From the NCBI GenBank assembly GCA_943788985.1, contig CALSSJ010000022.1:128001-192000 (forward strand): a stretch of 64,000 bases of DNA, given 5' to 3'. Position 1 is the first letter of the stretch; each line of letters opens with the position of its first letter. Positions 20,595 to 30,472 of this stretch are shown piece after piece. The notes below the pieces were generated by a model that saw nothing but the letters and a program-made list of their open reading frames with translations, searched no databases and was not told the DNA's origin. The position numbers and the translations under genes were made by a program. This DNA comes from an uncultured Lentisphaerales bacterium. Its GTDB lineage: Bacteria; Verrucomicrobiota; Lentisphaeria; JABSQK01; UBA12247.

Positions 20595-21854
20595 ATGTCA
20601 GAATCCGACTCACCGCCCTGCAAGTATTCGCGAACCGTGACTGGTCTCGTCGGTGCATTTGTGGCCGTGAATCTGCTATTTGGTTTGTTCGTCTTTGCTG
20701 ACCCTCGTGTGGAGCAAGACGCCGAGGGCTACCGGGCCATGCGCCAGTTTGCCTCTGTGCTCAAGATCATTCGCAAGAATTACGTGGACGAGTCCAAGCT
20801 GGAGTATGAGACGCTCATGCAGGCAGCTATGGACGGGATGCTGCGCTCGCTCGATACCTACAGCAATTTCGTCCCGGTGCAGGATTATCAGAAGCTCCAG
20901 GAAGAGACTGACGGCGAGTTCGGCGGGATCGGGATCATTGTCTCGGCGACCGCTGGCTTGGTCGTTCTGGAACCAGTGCCCGGCACGCCGGGGGCCGCCG
21001 CCGGCATTCTGCCCGGTGATCGCATTACGAAGGTGAATGACCACGATGCCTCTGAGATGTCCTTGGAGGACGCTGTGATGCACATCAAGGGCCCACCTGG
21101 TACAAGCGTGCGCCTGACGCTTTATCGAGCCTCCTCCGACGAAACGCTGGTCAAAGACGTGGCACGCGCCGTCATTGAGATTCCTTCGGTGCGGGATAGC
21201 CACCAGCATTCGGACGGAATCCTCTCCGTCAGGATTACGTTGTTCAGCGAAAGGACAGCAGCGGAGTTGATCAAAGCCATTGATGAGCAACCCACGCCGG
21301 TGAGCGGGCTGATTCTGGATGTGCGGAACAATCCGGGCGGTCTGCTGGGTTCTGCAGTTAGCGTCTGTTCGCTCTTTCTCCCCACCGACGAACTGATCGT
21401 CTTCACCGAAGGTCGCCCGCGCACACCGCGCGAAGACCACCTGGCCGAAGGGGGTAGGAAGTATCTCAATTTTCCGATCGTGGTAATCGTTAACGAAAAC
21501 TCAGCCAGCGCTGCCGAGATCCTGGCGGGTTGTCTGCGCGACCACGACCGCGCGCGATTGGTGGGCGAGACCTCCTACGGCAAGGGATCCGTCCAGACTG
21601 TATTTCAGCAACAAGACGGGAGTGCTGTCCGGCTCACCACGGCCAAGTATTACACGCCCAGCAAACGCGTCATTCAGGGGCACGGGATCGAACCCGACTT
21701 TATCGTGGACATCAGTGAGGAAGACTCGGTACAGGTGCACGAGCAACGTCTGAATCGCGCAATTTCCGCAGACGAGAAGATCGCAGACCTGCAGCTGATC
21801 AAGGCGCTCGAAGTGACCCGCCAGCGCGTCGCGGCAAACACCGAGAGCGAGTAG
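20595..21854 (+). CDS. ctpA: Carboxyl-terminal processing protease, S41 family with PDZ domain
   Basis: FGGIGI, PDZ domain, LDVRNNPGGLL, SASAAEILAG, GKGSVQ, LTTAKYYTP. Confidence 0.92.
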   Translation: MSESDSPPCKYSRTVTGLVGAFVAVNLLFGLFVFADPRVEQDAEGYRAMRQFASVLKIIRKNYVDESKLEYETLMQAAMDGMLRSLDTYSNFVPVQDYQKLQEETDGEFGGIGIIVSATAGLVVLEPVPGTPGAAAGILPGDRITKVNDHDASEMSLEDAVMHIKGPPGTSVRLTLYRASSDETLVKDVARAVIEIPSVRDSHQHSDGILSVRITLFSERTAAELIKAIDEQPTPVSGLILDVRNNPGGLLGSAVSVCSLFLPTDELIVFTEGRPRTPREDHLAEGGRKYLNFPIVVIVNENSASAAEILAGCLRDHDRARLVGETSYGKGSVQTVFQQQDGSAVRLTTAKYYTPSKRVIQGHGIEPDFIVDISEEDSVQVHEQRLNRAISADEKIADLQLIKALEVTRQRVAANTESE

Positions 21855-21865
21855 CCCGGCCGCTT

Positions 21866-23866
21866 ATGGAGTTAGTCGTTGAAAACCTGCAGACACACTT
21901 CCGGCTGCCGGGAAGCCGGCTTGCCCGCGCCGTGGATGGCATCAGCTTCACCGTAAAGGCTGGTCAGACCGTAGCGCTGGTTGGTGAGTCCGGCTCTGGG
22001 AAGTCTCAGACCGCCTACTCCATCATGCGGCTCATGCCCGAAAACGCCGTTCATGGGCCGCAGTCGCGTATCCTCTTGGACGGCAGGAACTTGCTTGTGA
22101 ACTCCGCAACCGAGATGCGCCAGATCCGCGGGAATACGATCGCGATGATCTTTCAGGAACCGATGACCAGTCTCAATCCACTCTATCGAATTGGGAATCA
22201 GCTGGGCGAGCCGCTCCAGTTGCACCAGGGCATGGACGGCGAGCAGGCGAGGGCACGTGGTATTGAGCTGCTGGATGAGGTCGGTCTGCCAGATCCGGAG
22301 ACCCGTATCGATGCCTTCCCGCACGAGCTCTCCGGCGGCATGAAACAACGCGTGATGATTGCCATGGCGCTTGCCTGTCGTCCCCAGTTGCTCATCGCCG
22401 ATGAGCCCACCACGGCGCTGGACGTCACCGTGCAGGCGCAGATCTTGGCGTTGATGAAAGACTTGCAGCGCAAGCACAATATGGCGATCCTATTGATCAC
22501 GCACGATCTTGGCGTGGTCTATCAGATGGCTGACGAGGTATGCGTCATGTACGGTGGGCGCATTGCCGAGCGCGGGCCGCGCGATGCAGTTTTTGAACAC
22601 ATGGCTCATCCCTATACCCAGAAGCTGTTTGCCAGCATCCCCGCTCGCGGTCGGATAGACCGGCGGTTGCATACCATCCCCGGGCGGGTGCCTCCGGCCA
22701 CGGACTACGGCTCCGGCTGCCGCTTCGCGCCTCGCTGCCCGATTGCGCTCGCAACCTGTACCGCGGAGACCCCAGAGCCACAGGCTATGACGGCCGGTCA
22801 CGAGGTCGCCTGCCATCGTCTCCAGGATCCGGTTGCCAAGAACGTAATCGCTGCCGAGACCGAGTCTCGTCCCACCCGACCGCTCGGCGAGAATTTGCTG
22901 CAAGTCAGCGGGCTCAAAACTTGGTTTCCAGTCAAGCACGGGCTGTTGATGCGCACAGTGAACCACGTGCGGGCCGTGGATGACCTTGACCTGACAATTC
23001 GCAATGGCGAGACAGTCGCTCTCGTCGGTGAGTCAGGCTGCGGAAAGACTACCGTTGGGCAGAGTATTCTGCGGCTGGTCCGCGAAGCCCGGGGTACCAT
23101 TGTCTTTGACAACCAGAACATTCTCGATCTGGATCACGGGGCAATGACGGACCTGCGGCGTCGCATGCAGATTGTGTTTCAGGATCCCTTCTCATCCCTC
23201 TCCCCCCGCATGCGCGTGGCCCAGATCGTGGGCGAGGGACTCCAAGTGCATCGCAGCTTGAGTTCGGGTGACGTTCAGAAGCGCGTGGCCGACGCGCTCG
23301 CGGAAGTGGGCCTGTCTGCGGACATCGCAGACCGCTACCCGCACGAGTTCTCGGGGGGGCAGCGCCAGCGTATCAGTATCGCGCGCGCCATCATTCTTGA
23401 GCCAGACTTTCTGGTTCTGGACGAGCCGACAAGTGCTCTGGACGTCTCCGTGCAGGCGCAGATCCTCAATCTGCTCGAGGAAATCCAATCGCGCCGCGGC
23501 CTGGCCTACCTGTTTATCACGCATGATCTTGGAGTTGTGCGCTATATCGCTGACCGTGTCGCGGTGATGTATCTCGGACGTATTGTCGAGCACGGGACCA
23601 CTGCGGAGCTATTCGCTTCCCCGCAACACCCGTACACCCGGGCGCTGATCGACGCCGTGCCACAGATTGGTGCTGAGCTATCGCCAGTGATCAGCAGCGG
23701 CGATGTCCCGTCGCCCTTGGCACCACCCCCTGGCTGTCCGTTTCACCCTCGTTGCCCGCTGGCTTCAGAGCGCTGCCACGTAGAGCGGCCGAGCTTGCAC
23801 CGCCAAGCCGGGACCACGGTGGCCTGTCATCATCCGTTGACCGCGCCAGATTTGGCCGCCACCTGA
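21866..23866 (+). CDS. Dipeptide/oligopeptide ABC transporter ATP-binding protein with two fused ATPase domains
   Basis: GESGSGKS and GESGCGKT Walker A motifs; LSGGMKQR and FSGGQRQR; two CxFxPRC..C..VACH oligopeptide-transporter tails. Confidence 0.93.
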   Translation: MELVVENLQTHFRLPGSRLARAVDGISFTVKAGQTVALVGESGSGKSQTAYSIMRLMPENAVHGPQSRILLDGRNLLVNSATEMRQIRGNTIAMIFQEPMTSLNPLYRIGNQLGEPLQLHQGMDGEQARARGIELLDEVGLPDPETRIDAFPHELSGGMKQRVMIAMALACRPQLLIADEPTTALDVTVQAQILALMKDLQRKHNMAILLITHDLGVVYQMADEVCVMYGGRIAERGPRDAVFEHMAHPYTQKLFASIPARGRIDRRLHTIPGRVPPATDYGSGCRFAPRCPIALATCTAETPEPQAMTAGHEVACHRLQDPVAKNVIAAETESRPTRPLGENLLQVSGLKTWFPVKHGLLMRTVNHVRAVDDLDLTIRNGETVALVGESGCGKTTVGQSILRLVREARGTIVFDNQNILDLDHGAMTDLRRRMQIVFQDPFSSLSPRMRVAQIVGEGLQVHRSLSSGDVQKRVADALAEVGLSADIADRYPHEFSGGQRQRISIARAIILEPDFLVLDEPTSALDVSVQAQILNLLEEIQSRRGLAYLFITHDLGVVRYIADRVAVMYLGRIVEHGTTAELFASPQHPYTRALIDAVPQIGAELSPVISSGDVPSPLAPPPGCPFHPRCPLASERCHVERPSLHRQAGTTVACHHPLTAPDLAAT

Positions 23867-24084
23867 CAATAGCACGGGCTCGCCGAACTGCGTCGCAGCC
23901 TGGTAGTAGGCTGCGTGTCAGAAAATGCCCCAATGAATAAATTCCCGCTTGCACTTGATTTGAGCAGTAAATTTCGTTAAATTCTTCTGACTCGCGGATT
24001 TACTCTGGACATTTTTTGGGTTTCTGGTATCTTTCGCGGCTTTTCATTGCAGGATTTATCTAGAAACGAGTAAGGAGTACTACC

Positions 24085-24375
24085 ATGCCAATGTACAGTC
24101 GAGATTACGTGCGGGGCCTGCTTGAAGTAGTCAACGAATCCGCAGTCGATTTATGGGAAGACGACTACCAGCAAGAGCGCCGTGAGGCCGAAGCAGAGCT
24201 ACGTGCTCGCGAGCATGCAGCTGAAGCAGCAGCGCAGGCTTTGTTGTTGAGCATGCGGGAAGCAGACGCGCTAATGGCTCCTGTCGTCGACGAACCCGAA
24301 GAGAACCGTGACGCCAAGGAGGTAGGAGGCGGAGAGCTCAAAGAAGAGACCTGCGTCGCCGAATACGGGGCCTGA
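24085..24375 (+). CDS. Small acidic hypothetical protein
   Basis: AAGGAG RBS before ATG, AT-rich upstream region, strong terminator downstream; Glu/Ala-rich helical sequence. Confidence 0.7.
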   Translation: MPMYSRDYVRGLLEVVNESAVDLWEDDYQQERREAEAELRAREHAAEAAAQALLLSMREADALMAPVVDEPEENRDAKEVGGGELKEETCVAEYGA

Positions 24376-24404
24376 TTCTCGAGCTTACTGCGAACTCCGC
24401 ATGG

Positions 24405-24440
24405 AAAAAGCGCATTGCTGAAAGGCAATGCGCTTTTTTT
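24405..24440. terminator. Bidirectional rho-independent terminator
   Basis: AAAAAGCGCATTGC-TGAAAG-GCAATGCGCTTTTTTT between convergent genes. Confidence 0.9.
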
Positions 24441-24526
24441 ATGGCCAAAATTAGCCCACCCCTCGAAGGGTTTGTACATGGCTGCGCCGTGAAGAGGCAA
24501 GTAAGTCCGACAGACTAGGGGGACGA

Positions 24527-24802
24527 TCAGTTCTCGAATTCGTAGACTTCTTCGCCTACTCGCCGCCAGTTAAACTTTTCACGGGCGATCCGTTCCACAG
24601 TATAGGGATCAGATTCAAGCAGTGCGATTTCGCTCGCCAGATGTTCATGATCCTCTCTGGCTTCCAAGAGCAATGCCTCGGTCTTTCCCAGATCAGCTTT
24701 CGCGCGCAAATATTTTGAATATTCGGGCAGGACCATTGTCAAGCAGACGCATAGAACGCCTACTGAAAGTAGTCTAAATAGTGCTCGGCCGAGATTCGGC
24801 AC
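24527..24802 (-). CDS. Septum formation initiator, FtsB/DivIC family
   Basis: TM helix, coiled coil, then LESDPYTVERIAREKFNWRRVGE. Confidence 0.8.
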   Translation of the reverse strand: MPNLGRALFRLLSVGVLCVCLTMVLPEYSKYLRAKADLGKTEALLLEAREDHEHLASEIALLESDPYTVERIAREKFNWRRVGEEVYEFEN

Positions 24803-25109
24803 GGACGGTCCTCGCTCAATTTTGACGAAATTATAGGAAAGGCTCTTGAACCCGGTAACCTAGCAAGTGGCTGCTGAGGCGCAAGACTTAATCCGAAAAA
24901 TATCAGAAAACTACTTGGGGCCGCCTGTTTTTTGAGCTTGCGATCACGCTGCTGCTCGGAGCGCGCCGCAGCCATGCCGGAACCTCCGGAGCGCGCTGGC
25001 TTGCAGAGGTGGACCGCAATACCCACTGCGCCCTCTGATCATTGGTGGGAGGCTGTTAGGTTTTTATGAAGTCTGTATGTGCGGGATGTCCGCGCATTTA
25101 CGCAGCGGA

Positions 25110-25275
25110 AGGCTGTGAACAAATGCGTGGACTTCCGCCAGCCATTTTTGAGAAAAATCCAAAAAAATACAAAATGTTTCGTAACCTTCTTATTTAGAAG
25201 AGGTTAGGTTTCTTGGAGTATTGTTGCTAACTTTTGTTAGCCTGTTGATAAGCTGTTGACCAACTGATGAAAACT
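25110..25275. promoter_or_regulatory. AT-rich segment with an array of degenerate DnaA-box-like 9-mers
   Basis: TGTTGCTAA 25222, TGTTGATAA 25243, TGTTGACCA 25254, TGATGAAAA 25265, TGTGAACAA ~25115; A/T tract 25140-25200. Confidence 0.45.
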
Positions 25276-25280
25276 TTTGC

Positions 25281-26303
25281 CTATGCGACGGTGCAAACAG
25301 ACTGGCAGAAATTAAGAAACAACAAGGTTTCGTCTACGTTAAAGGCGCTGTCCGCGAGCAGTTTCTCTGCCAACCTGAGGTTGCGGCGCGCCTCACTCTG
25401 TGACGGGGCTTCTCCGGGCGTGGATCCATAAACTTCCGGGTTTGGCAGCTTGTTCAGTTCAATTCCCTGCGCTCGCAAGAATTCATTGCCGAACCACGTA
25501 TGAATCGCCGAGAGTAGCTGTGAGCGTTGCGCTAAGTAGTCCGCAGTAGTGGCCGCGAGCAACTCCTCTCCCATGCGTTTGTAGGCCGCCTCCGACAGCA
25601 TTTGCGTCTTGCGTTGTGCTGCTAGTTGCTTAAAGCGCTCCTGTGCCCGTTCCTCAGCAGCTTCCTTCAACTCCCCGGCGATAGCGGAGATCATTCCGGC
25701 AACAATGCCGGACGTGGCTGATCCGCTGCCTTTGCGGAGAGCGCAAATCTGGGAATAGAATGCCTCGATTCCCGGAAAGGAAGGATGAAAGGTATTGCCG
25801 CGGAGAGCGAGGAGCTGGCAGCGAGAGCGGATGGTTGGGAGGAGCTTTGCCGGATTTGCCGTCACTAACAGCAGCATCGTGCCTGGGTGGGGCTCCTCGA
25901 GGGTCTTCAGAAATGCATTCTGCGCGGCCGGCAACATCGCGTCTGCTTCCCAGAGCACGGCAATGCGCAGCGCACCGCCAGTGCGCAGGTTCAGGTGATG
26001 CTCTAACGCTCGAATCTCATCGATTGGGATGGTCCGCATTTTGGACTTTGGCTGCACTTGGTGGAGATACATGTAGGTGCCAGCCAAGAGCCGATTACAG
26101 GAGGTGCAGGTACCGCAGGGCTCCGCTTGGGCGTCAGGTGACTCGCAGAGGCAGCTTGCGATCCACGAATCGGTAAATCCCTTCAGCGTCTCTTCATCAT
26201 CGCCTGAGATAAGATAGGCGTGAGCGATCCGTCCGGAATTGCGGCTGTAAGCCAACCGCTCAATGAGAACGGGGAATCGCTCAGAGAACTGTGCTAAGGG
26301 CAT
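25281..26303 (-). CDS. holB: DNA polymerase III subunit delta-prime
   Basis: AHAYLISG, C..PCGTCTSC zinc motif, AQNAFLKTLEEP, LLPTIRSRCQ; follows tmk. Confidence 0.9.
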   Translation of the reverse strand: MPLAQFSERFPVLIERLAYSRNSGRIAHAYLISGDDEETLKGFTDSWIASCLCESPDAQAEPCGTCTSCNRLLAGTYMYLHQVQPKSKMRTIPIDEIRALEHHLNLRTGGALRIAVLWEADAMLPAAQNAFLKTLEEPHPGTMLLLVTANPAKLLPTIRSRCQLLALRGNTFHPSFPGIEAFYSQICALRKGSGSATSGIVAGMISAIAGELKEAAEERAQERFKQLAAQRKTQMLSEAAYKRMGEELLAATTADYLAQRSQLLSAIHTWFGNEFLRAQGIELNKLPNPEVYGSTPGEAPSQSEARRNLRLAEKLLADSAFNVDETLLFLNFCQSVCTVA

Positions 26304-26943
26304 CGGTCACGCTGCTCATAATCTGGGTGTGGATTTCGTCAATACGCTGCGTGGCATCGAGCACGCGGAAGCGGTGGCGATTCTCGGCCGCCACGCGGAG
26401 AAACCCTTCTCGGACGCGGCGATGAAACTGGACCGACTCGTCTTCGATCCGGTCTTCCACAAAGAGTGTCTCTAGGCGCATCTGGCCGCGACGGGAACCG
26501 GCGGCCTGGTCCAGGTCCAATAAGAACGTGAGGTCAGGCCAGCGCTCGCCTACCACGGCATTATTTAGCGCGTGGATGAGCGTCAGGTCCAGCCCGCGGG
26601 CATACCCTTGGTAAGCCACGCTTGAGTCAGCGAAACGGTCGCAGATGACGATATCACCTGCTGCCAAAGATGGCTGGATGACCTTGCGCACCAACTGGGC
26701 GCGGCTGGCTTCGAAAATGAGCAATTCGGCTTCGTCGCAAACGGCATCTGGCCCGCAGACGTGCTTTACTATGCCGCGCAGTTGCTCACCCACCACGGTG
26801 CCACCGGGCTCACGAACTTGCTGCACGCGAAACTCTTCACTCTGCAACGCCCGAGCAAGAAGGCGCCCCTGCGTGGACTTACCCGCGCATTCCGGCCCCT
26901 CCAACGTAATGAATAATCCCCCGGGAACCTCTTTGGCCATCAT
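26281..26943 (-). CDS. tmk: Thymidylate kinase
   Basis: FITLEGPECAGKSTQ, REPGGT, DRFADSSVAYQG. Confidence 0.96.
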   Translation of the reverse strand: MMAKEVPGGLFITLEGPECAGKSTQGRLLARALQSEEFRVQQVREPGGTVVGEQLRGIVKHVCGPDAVCDEAELLIFEASRAQLVRKVIQPSLAAGDIVICDRFADSSVAYQGYARGLDLTLIHALNNAVVGERWPDLTFLLDLDQAAGSRRGQMRLETLFVEDRIEDESVQFHRRVREGFLRVAAENRHRFRVLDATQRIDEIHTQIMSSVTDALSTVL

Positions 26944-27091
26944 TTTTCCCTGATCTGTGGTGCGATCGCATACTATACGCTTTCGTCCATCGGCTGCCAC
27001 GATTACACGGGCACCCAATGTGATACATGACACTAGCGGGTTTGCAGCTATGGTACCGTCTTCCTTTTATTCAAGGTGGATACTCGTTGCT

Positions 27092-27997
27092 ATGTCGCTG
27101 TTGCTACAGACCCTCAATCTGAAGAAATCTCTTGGCGGGAGAGTTGTCGTCGATGACGTCTCTCTGCAGGTAGAATCAGGACAGGTGCTGGGCCTGCTCG
27201 GCCCCAACGGGGCCGGTAAGACGACGACGATGCGGATGATCTACGGGTTTCTTAGACCGGATGCAGGTTCGATCATCATAAACGGCGTGGGGTTCGACGC
27301 AGATGTAGCCGCTGCCAAGCGCAGTATGGGGGTGTGCACGCAGAGCGACACCTTCGATACAGATTTTACCGTGCGCGACAATCTTTACGTTGCGGCATCT
27401 TATTTCAGACCCCAAGTTCCGGATCTCAACGAGCACATCGCTGGCCTACTGCAGCGCTTCGGGCTTGCGGAGTTCGCAGACCAAAAGCCGGATACGCTTT
27501 CGGGTGGCTACTGCAGACGGCTGATGGTGGCCCGGGCGCTTGTAAACCGACCCAAACTCCTGTTTCTGGATGAGCCCACGACCGGGCTTGATCCGCAGGC
27601 TCGGAGAGCTCTGTGGCGCTTAATTCGCAGCTTGCGTGAAGAGGGGCTGGGAATCGTGCTGACGACGCACTACATGGACGAAGCACAGTTCCTGTCGGAT
27701 CAGTTGGTGGTTCTGGATGAGGGGAAGGTGCTGGCGCACGATACGCCTGAGCAAATTCTGGGCGAGTTCGTGGGCGAGCATGTGATCGTCCTATCTCAAC
27801 CTCTTGCTGATTCGGTCACTGAATGGCTGCGGAGTGCAGAGATTGTCGGGCATGAAGGCGTTCCCGGCGAGCTCCACGTTCCTGTGGGCTCAGCCCAGTT
27901 GAGTGGCTTCGCCGCCAGCTTTGAGACTCTGGACTACGATGTCCGGAAACCCAACCTGGATGACCTTTTTGAGCGCTTAAGCGGGGGGGCACAATGA
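27092..27997 (+). CDS. ABC-2 exporter ATP-binding subunit (NodI-like)
   Basis: GPNGAGKTT, LSGG, LDEPTTGLDPQAR, TTHYMDEA. Confidence 0.9.
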   Translation: MSLLLQTLNLKKSLGGRVVVDDVSLQVESGQVLGLLGPNGAGKTTTMRMIYGFLRPDAGSIIINGVGFDADVAAAKRSMGVCTQSDTFDTDFTVRDNLYVAASYFRPQVPDLNEHIAGLLQRFGLAEFADQKPDTLSGGYCRRLMVARALVNRPKLLFLDEPTTGLDPQARRALWRLIRSLREEGLGIVLTTHYMDEAQFLSDQLVVLDEGKVLAHDTPEQILGEFVGEHVIVLSQPLADSVTEWLRSAEIVGHEGVPGELHVPVGSAQLSGFAASFETLDYDVRKPNLDDLFERLSGGAQ

Positions 27998-28824
27998 ATA
28001 AGCTCAGATTCTACGGGGCCATTCTGGATTGGCAGAGCCGGGCTGTATGGGGCCGGCATATGAAGGTGTATCGCCGAAATTGGTATACCGCCTTCCTGCC
28101 GCCCGCAGCGGAGCCTGTCCTTTTACTGCTGGCATTTGGCCTTGGCCTTGGTGCCCACGTAGGGGGCATTAGCTTTGGCGGTCGTGAGGTGAAATACGCC
28201 AGCTACATCGCGCCCGGAATCATCGCCTACACCATCTTTCTCACAGCGTTCTTCCAGACGCTGTACGGCGCCTTTATCCGCATGCATTACCAGCGCACGT
28301 GGGAAGGCCAGCTTACCACGCAGGTCGAGTTGCCGCATGTCATCTGGGGGGAGATCATCTGGGCTACAGTTCTGGCCGCGGTGTATGCCTCGATTGTCGC
28401 TGTAGTCATTATTCTGTTCAACTTCACGCCACTCATAGACATCTCTGTGTGGGGCCTGATCGCGTCGCTCCCTTTCTGCTTTCTTTTCGGTGTTGGCTTT
28501 GCTGCGGCGGGCCTGGCATTTACAGCCTGGATGCCAAGCATTGATCATATGAACTTGCCGGTGTTTCTGATCGGCATGCCCATGGCATTTACCAGCAACA
28601 CGTACTTCCCGATTCCACAGGGGAATCCGTGGTTGGATCTCCTGGTCCAATTGAATCCCGTGTTTCACATGTCCGAGCTAACCCGTGGCCTGATGCTGAA
28701 CGGAGAGCTTGGCTGGAGCCACCTTATCATTGGTCTAAGCGAGGTGCTGATTATCGTGCTGCTCGCAACCCCGCCGACCTGCCGAAAGCTACGCCGACGC
28801 GTGCTGGGGGACTCGGGTAGCTGA
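27994..28824 (+). CDS. ABC-2 exporter permease (NodJ-like)
   Basis: EPVLLLLAFGLGLG, YIAPGI, FIRMHYQRTW, TYFPI; six TM segments; ATGA overlap with the ATPase. Confidence 0.88.
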   Translation: MNKLRFYGAILDWQSRAVWGRHMKVYRRNWYTAFLPPAAEPVLLLLAFGLGLGAHVGGISFGGREVKYASYIAPGIIAYTIFLTAFFQTLYGAFIRMHYQRTWEGQLTTQVELPHVIWGEIIWATVLAAVYASIVAVVIILFNFTPLIDISVWGLIASLPFCFLFGVGFAAAGLAFTAWMPSIDHMNLPVFLIGMPMAFTSNTYFPIPQGNPWLDLLVQLNPVFHMSELTRGLMLNGELGWSHLIIGLSEVLIIVLLATPPTCRKLRRRVLGDSGS

Positions 28825-28847
28825 TTTTTAAGTGCCCGAGGCGGGGG

Positions 28848-30413
28848 CTAGCGGCTGCCTTTTGCCAGCATTGGAATGGTCTTGAGAATGATCTCAAGAT
28901 CGAATTTTAGAGAGAGATGGCGAATGTAGTACAGCTCGTGCTCGAGCTTGCGTTTCGCGTCCTCTGTGGATGCTCCGTACCGGTAGCGAATCTGGCCCCA
29001 GCCCGTGAGCCCAGGAGGAACCAAGTGGCGCTGGTTGTACATCGGCATTTCCTTTGCCAGTTCCGTGACAAATTCCGGCCGCTCCGGCCGCGGGCCCACC
29101 AAGGACATATCTCCGACAAAAACGTTCCAAAGCTGGGGGATTTCGTCCAACCGGCTGACGCGAAGAAACTTACCCAAACGCGTGACGCGGGGATCATTCT
29201 GAACCGCCCACTGCGCACCGTTCTTTTCGGCATCATTTCGCATTGTTCGAAACTTTAGGATGTTGAAACACTTGCCCCAGCGGCCCACGCGCCGTTGCTT
29301 GAATATCACGGCCCCTGGGCTATCCAGGCGTATGGCGAGCGCCACCAGTGGCCAGAGTGGAAGCGTAAGTATGAGGCCAATGACCGCCCCCGTGACGTCC
29401 AGAATTCTCTTGGCGGCGAAGATCGATGGGTTTCCCGGAAGCGAACGTGCCGAAGCCATCCAATACGGACAGTTGTATTCCAAGGTGATTTCCTTGAAGT
29501 AGAACTCGATGAACGCTCCCATATTCAGAATCTCTACGCCATGCAGGGGCAGTTGCTGCAAACGCACCGCGTTTTGACGATTCAAATTTTGGGCGACGCA
29601 GATCACGACCACATCACAAGGCACGTCAAGCTTGCCCGCAAGAAAGTCTTCGATCGAGCCGACTACTGGCGCGCCGTGCTGAGTACTATCGTACAAGTCA
29701 CCGTCTTGGTCGAGGTAGCCCTGAAGTTTGAAGACCGGAGAGTAGTTGACACGCTTCATGCACTCCTGCCCGGCCTGGCCTGCACCGTAGAGAATTACGT
29801 GAATCGGCTGCATCTGAATCAGGGTTTGGAGCAGGTGGCGTGGCCCGAGGATGCCGACATAAGAAATGGTCACGGTGCCAATGATAATGAACCGGCCGTA
29901 TGGGTTGAGCATCACCAAGCCAGCGATGGTCATGAACAGCACGAATGACACCGCGACTGCCAGTGCCGACGTCGATACCAATTCATAGTTGCTTGCCCGG
30001 CGTTCCGGCATCGGGACGCCGCACATGCGTGAGGAAATCATCAGGATTCCACCATAAAGGCCGCCGACCAAGAAATAATAATACCACTGCGGCTGATTGA
30101 GCAACGTGCCGCTGTCAACACCGAGAATCCGTCCAAGAAAGAAACTAACCTGGCCGCCCAATTCGCTTTTAGGCTGGAAGTACGGGCTCATCTGGAAAGA
30201 AAGGAAGAAAGAGATGAAGCCGATCAAAAAGTCCCAAATCTGCCACCGGGTCCCATGCCGGGAGTGGAGAAGGGCACGGCGGAATGAGCCGCTCTGTGCC
30301 TTCGGGAAGATGGTATCATCTACTGTTTCGATCGTTGATTCGGCCACGAAGCACTCCGGTACGTGCGCACTCCAGTCTTGGGAACACCCCTTTGCTGTGG
30401 CGACTATAGACAC
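28848..30413 (-). CDS. Polyprenyl-phosphate sugar transferase (WcaJ/ExoY family)
   Basis: YGAG Rossmann-like linker; KRILD, KFRTM, DPRVT, RLDEIPQLWNV, GPRPERP, PGLTGWGQ. Confidence 0.93.
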   Translation of the reverse strand: MSIVATAKGCSQDWSAHVPECFVAESTIETVDDTIFPKAQSGSFRRALLHSRHGTRWQIWDFLIGFISFFLSFQMSPYFQPKSELGGQVSFFLGRILGVDSGTLLNQPQWYYYFLVGGLYGGILMISSRMCGVPMPERRASNYELVSTSALAVAVSFVLFMTIAGLVMLNPYGRFIIIGTVTISYVGILGPRHLLQTLIQMQPIHVILYGAGQAGQECMKRVNYSPVFKLQGYLDQDGDLYDSTQHGAPVVGSIEDFLAGKLDVPCDVVVICVAQNLNRQNAVRLQQLPLHGVEILNMGAFIEFYFKEITLEYNCPYWMASARSLPGNPSIFAAKRILDVTGAVIGLILTLPLWPLVALAIRLDSPGAVIFKQRRVGRWGKCFNILKFRTMRNDAEKNGAQWAVQNDPRVTRLGKFLRVSRLDEIPQLWNVFVGDMSLVGPRPERPEFVTELAKEMPMYNQRHLVPPGLTGWGQIRYRYGASTEDAKRKLEHELYYIRHLSLKFDLEIILKTIPMLAKGSR

Positions 30414-30472
30414 ATCCTCTTCGCTTACAAGGAATTTCTTGGCAGCCGGATGCGTAACGTGTTGTTAACGAT

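Noticed and set aside
27092..28824. Nodulation (nodIJ) function
   Set aside because: Family resemblance only; no other nod genes, so the substrate is unknown.
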